A DNA stretch of 27,523 bases from Deltaproteobacteria bacterium (GTDB taxonomy: Bacteria > Myxococcota_A > UBA796 > UBA2385): the NCBI GenBank assembly GCA_003694325.1, contig RFKJ01000021.1, positions 1-27,523 on the forward strand. Reading direction: 5' to 3'. The translations under genes and the position numbers were made by a program. The notes below the pieces were generated by a model that ran no database searches, was not told where the DNA came from, and was given only the letters and a program-made list of their open reading frames with translations. The number at the start of each line of letters is the position of its first letter. The stretch's first letter is position 1. Shown piece after piece: positions 24,646 to 27,523 of the stretch.

Positions 24646-25028
24646 CTCGTCCGCCCACGATCCTGCACGTCGACGATGATCCCGCCATCCGGGAGATCGT
24701 CCGCCTGTTGCTCGAGAAGATCGGTGGCTTCGCGGTGACCAGCGTGGCCAGCGGCCAGGAGGCGCTCGCCATCGTGCAGCGGCAGCCACCGGACCTCGTC
24801 CTGCTGGACGTGATGATGCCCGGCATGTCCGGACCGGAGACCCTCCAGGCGCTGCGCGACCGCCAGGAGCACGCATCCCTGCCCGTGGTCTTCCTGACCG
24901 CCAAGGTGTTGCAGAGCGAGATGGAGCAGCTCGCCCGTCTGGATCCCGCCGGGATCATCCAGAAGCCGTTCCGCGGCGAGGACCTCGTATCCAAGGTGCG
25001 CCAGGTCCTCGCCGGCGGTCGTTGCTGA
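24642..25028 (+). CDS. Single-domain response regulator (CheY-like receiver)
   Basis: ILHVDDD, LLDVMMPGMSG, VFLTAK, IQKPF; ATGA overlap with the kinase stop. Confidence 0.94.
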   Translation: MTRPPTILHVDDDPAIREIVRLLLEKIGGFAVTSVASGQEALAIVQRQPPDLVLLDVMMPGMSGPETLQALRDRQEHASLPVVFLTAKVLQSEMEQLARLDPAGIIQKPFRGEDLVSKVRQVLAGGRC

Positions 25029-25066
25029 CCGAGGGCGACGACATCCGGGCGAGGCGGTCTTCCTGC

Positions 25067-27007
25067 TCAGTGGTCGACCACGAGTTCGACCTCGCCGGTG
25101 GCGAAGCGGGACAGCCACACCCCGCCGGTGACCGGGTCGAAGCCGGCCCAGTGCCCTCCCCCATAGATCTCGTCGCTGTGGTCCCAGGTGTCGCCCCCCT
25201 GCCAGTGGAAGCCGTCTCCGTCATCGAGCAGCAGGCGTCCCCCGTGGATCGCCAGCACGCGCTCGGCGTCGACATCGGGCCGACCGTCGGTGGTCAGGCG
25301 GTCCAGGTCCATGCGATGGGGGCCCACGTAGACCTCGAAGGGGCTGGTGAACAGGCTGTCCTTCTTGAGGTCGACCGGCAACCATTCCTGGTGGAGCAGC
25401 TCCCCGTCGGCGTCGAGCACCGCGACCTTGGCGTCCCGGGACCGCAGGGTCCAGATCCGGCCCCGCCCGTCCACCCCGACGGAGAAGGTCCCGGGGTCGT
25501 CGGGATAGGTCCGCTCGAGGGGATCGCCGAGCGCGGTCTCCCAGATCAGCTCCCCATCCAGGGTCAGCGCCCGGACCACGTCCAACCCGCCCGCCGCGAC
25601 GTAGATGACGTCACCGGCGACAGCCATGCCGCCGAAGACGAGGGCGGTGTTCGACCGCTCATCGTCGAACAGTACCTCGGCCTCCCAGGTGTCCGCGTCG
25701 AGCCGGACCAGGCGGTCGGCACCGGTCTCGTAGACGGTGACGCTGGACCCGTCCGGTGCCCAGAACAGGTCGTTGGGCCATCCGTCGGTGTCGTAGGAGG
25801 CCACACGCTCATCCCCCTCGAACAGCTGCACGGTGCCGCCCAGCCGGTCGATGATCGCCACGCGCCGCGGATCGGCCGGTGAGGTGCGGACCACGGAGGG
25901 TGTGTACCCGGTCTGGATGCGGGTCTGTTCGCCATCGATGGTGGTGGTCCACACCTCGCTGGTATCCTCCGAGGTCGTGGCCATGACCCCCGGCTCGGCG
26001 GCCCAGGCACCGAACTGGCTGTTGGCGCCGGCGTGGAAGCTGGCGACGACCTCGCCGTCGACGATGCGCAGCGCGTCGCCCCAGGTCAGCCCCGTGTCGG
26101 CGTCGGTACCGGCGTGCTTGTGGATCGTCCACACGCCTCCCTCCTCGTCGACGCTCAGCGGTCCCAGCTCGTCGGCGGGTGCGGCGACCGTTTCGAGACC
26201 CTCCCCCGACCAGCGGTAGATCGCCGAGCCGGTGGCCGCGAGTACCGCGTCATCGCCATCGTCCCCATCGTCGACCACCAGGGAGCCCAGCGGAGCCGCC
26301 GTCGTCGCCCGGGCCAGCTCTTCCAGGCTTCCGGCGTCCAAGGCGGCGATCTCGCCCCGCGATCCCGACCCGCGCATCGACACGACGACCCGGTCGTCTC
26401 CCACGTCGATCCGCAGGGGTTCGGCGGGAAGCGGCAGCTCCTCGCAGCCGTCGTCGGCATCGATGCGCATCAGGGCGAACCCGTCCGTGGCCCGCCCCGC
26501 AGCCCACAGCACGCCGCCCTCCGAGTCCCAGCGCAGGTCCATCACCGCCTCGAGACACAGGTCGACATCGGAGACGTCGCCCGTCGCCTCGTCGATGCGA
26601 AGGGCCGCATCGAGCACCCGATCGGCCACGTAGAGCTGGCCGGCATCGGGGTCGGCGGCGAGCAGGGGGTACTCCAGCATCTGGGGCAGCTCGAAGACAT
26701 CGGCGAGCACCCCGGCATCCAGGTCCACCAGGCCGACGGTCGGCGCGTGGGCCGAGCTGACGAAGGCCATGGAGCCGGCGACCTCGATGTGGATGGGGGC
26801 CGGGACGTTGCCGGGCTCGGGGGTCACCTCGAGGTGGCGAACCGCGCGCCAGGCTCGCGGTCCCACCGGCTCGCCGGCCGGTCCCCACCGGTGCGCGACA
26901 CCCTCCGGCGCAGCCCCATCTCGCGGTCCACCCGGCACGGGGGCGGTACAGGCACCCAGCAGCGACAGGGAGACACCAGACAACAGCATACGGACGGGAC
27001 CGCGCAT
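25067..27007 (-). CDS. Beta-propeller (YncE-like) lipoprotein
   Basis: GGAGG SD before ATG 27007; MRGPVRMLLSGVSLSLLGAC lipobox; repeated blade-like segments (PLLAADPDAGQLYVAD, PNDLFWAPDGSSVTV, VGVDGRGRIWTL). Confidence 0.78.
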   Translation of the reverse strand: MRGPVRMLLSGVSLSLLGACTAPVPGGPRDGAAPEGVAHRWGPAGEPVGPRAWRAVRHLEVTPEPGNVPAPIHIEVAGSMAFVSSAHAPTVGLVDLDAGVLADVFELPQMLEYPLLAADPDAGQLYVADRVLDAALRIDEATGDVSDVDLCLEAVMDLRWDSEGGVLWAAGRATDGFALMRIDADDGCEELPLPAEPLRIDVGDDRVVVSMRGSGSRGEIAALDAGSLEELARATTAAPLGSLVVDDGDDGDDAVLAATGSAIYRWSGEGLETVAAPADELGPLSVDEEGGVWTIHKHAGTDADTGLTWGDALRIVDGEVVASFHAGANSQFGAWAAEPGVMATTSEDTSEVWTTTIDGEQTRIQTGYTPSVVRTSPADPRRVAIIDRLGGTVQLFEGDERVASYDTDGWPNDLFWAPDGSSVTVYETGADRLVRLDADTWEAEVLFDDERSNTALVFGGMAVAGDVIYVAAGGLDVVRALTLDGELIWETALGDPLERTYPDDPGTFSVGVDGRGRIWTLRSRDAKVAVLDADGELLHQEWLPVDLKKDSLFTSPFEVYVGPHRMDLDRLTTDGRPDVDAERVLAIHGGRLLLDDGDGFHWQGGDTWDHSDEIYGGGHWAGFDPVTGGVWLSRFATGEVELVVDH

Positions 27008-27295
27008 GGCAGACCTCCGGTCAAGGGGCAAGGGCACCCGCTCGGGGAATCGAACGGGTCCGGGTCAACAAGCACCCCCAAGGAAGCCCCGGAAGGCGCC
27101 CTCGTCCAGTCGCGCCATGTCTCCATCGGTGGCCGGGTGTCACGGCGGCCCCCGTACCGGTCGAGCAGGGCAAGGCTCCTCCCTCCCCGGCAACCACTCC
27201 CCCCGCAGTCTCGCGTCAGGGTGCCGCATTTGCCGTGCCGAAGGTCGACGATGCTGCTACCGTCATCATGGACGTCCCAGCCCCCGGAGACCGCG

Positions 27296-27523
27296 ATGCG
27301 CTACCTCCCCCTGACCCTGCTCCTCGGCCTGCCTCTCACCATGCTCGCCTGCGGCGACAAGGGATCCGATGACACCGGTACGTCGGCCGATGGGGGAGCC
27401 ACCGACGGCGGCAGCGCCGACGGCGGCAGCGCCGACGGCGGCAGCGCCGATGGAGGAGCCGGCGACGGCGGCAGCGCCGACGGCGGCAGCGCCGATGGAG
27501 GAGCCGGCGACGGCGGCAGCGCC
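27296..27523 (+). CDS. Lipoprotein with DGGSA repeats, 3'-truncated by the window
   Basis: GGAGA upstream of ATG 27296; MRYLPLTLLLGLPLTMLAC-GDKGSDDTGTSADGGATDGGSADGGSA...; not listed in the ORF track because it has no stop in the window. Confidence 0.78.
   Translation, partial: MRYLPLTLLLGLPLTMLACGDKGSDDTGTSADGGATDGGSADGGSADGGSADGGAGDGGSADGGSADGGAGDGGSA
27389..27523 (+). repeat. 15-bp coding tandem repeat (at least 9 units)
   Basis: GATGGGGGAGCCACC, then A=GACGGCGGCAGCGCC and B=GATGGAGGAGCCGGC in the order A A A B A A B A, running off the window end. Confidence 0.95.

Noticed and set aside
27046-27055. GTTCGATTCC on the minus strand, resembling a tRNA T-loop
   Set aside because: The flanks do not form a T-stem and no acceptor, D or anticodon arms are present. 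No riboswitch consensus was recognised in 27008-27295 either.
75-27314. Many long overlapping ORFs in the track (e.g. 75..1643-, 5834..7618-, 10804..12435-, 11454..13088+, 12526..14049+, 14444..16732-, 14737..16776+, 22357..24876-)
   Set aside because: They are antisense or off-frame shadows of motif-supported genes. Their R/P/G/A-rich translations are expected in high-GC DNA with few stop codons.
27389-27523. Repeat array as a CRISPR
   Set aside because: The 15-bp units are contiguous with no spacers, are in frame in a lipoprotein, and no cas genes are present.

Overview
GC-rich bacterial window. The Cu-binding MopE-type motif, FG-GAP repeats and many lipoproteins with D/G/S/T-rich linkers suggest a Myxococcota/deltaproteobacterial lineage (inference). 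About 21 genes are supported. Recognisable ones are heme A synthase (CtaA/COX15), an FG-GAP lipoprotein, a beta-hydroxyacid dehydrogenase, a CehA/McbA-type metallohydrolase, a DUF222-like HNH nuclease, a GDPD, an MBOAT+SGNH acylation pair, a SAM methyltransferase, a DUF3365 c-type heme lipoprotein, a TMTC-like GT-C membrane protein, a short Hsp70, a CHASE-PAS histidine kinase with a receiver protein, and a beta-propeller lipoprotein. There is also a disrupted propeller gene at the left edge and a repeat-rich lipoprotein cut by the right edge. The best candidate for an undescribed system is a lower-GC, tightly coupled five-gene operon of unknown genes (7605-10459, minus strand). It encodes a small beta-rich protein, a Cys-rich protein and three membrane-anchored Cys-containing proteins. 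Its putative promoter has a (GA)n tract between -35-like and -10-like hexamers plus three 10-bp-phased TGACAT repeats, which suggests phase variation. It lies back-to-back with the HNH nuclease gene. No rRNA, tRNA, CRISPR array or transposase was seen. All family calls come from motif recognition by eye, not from database searches.
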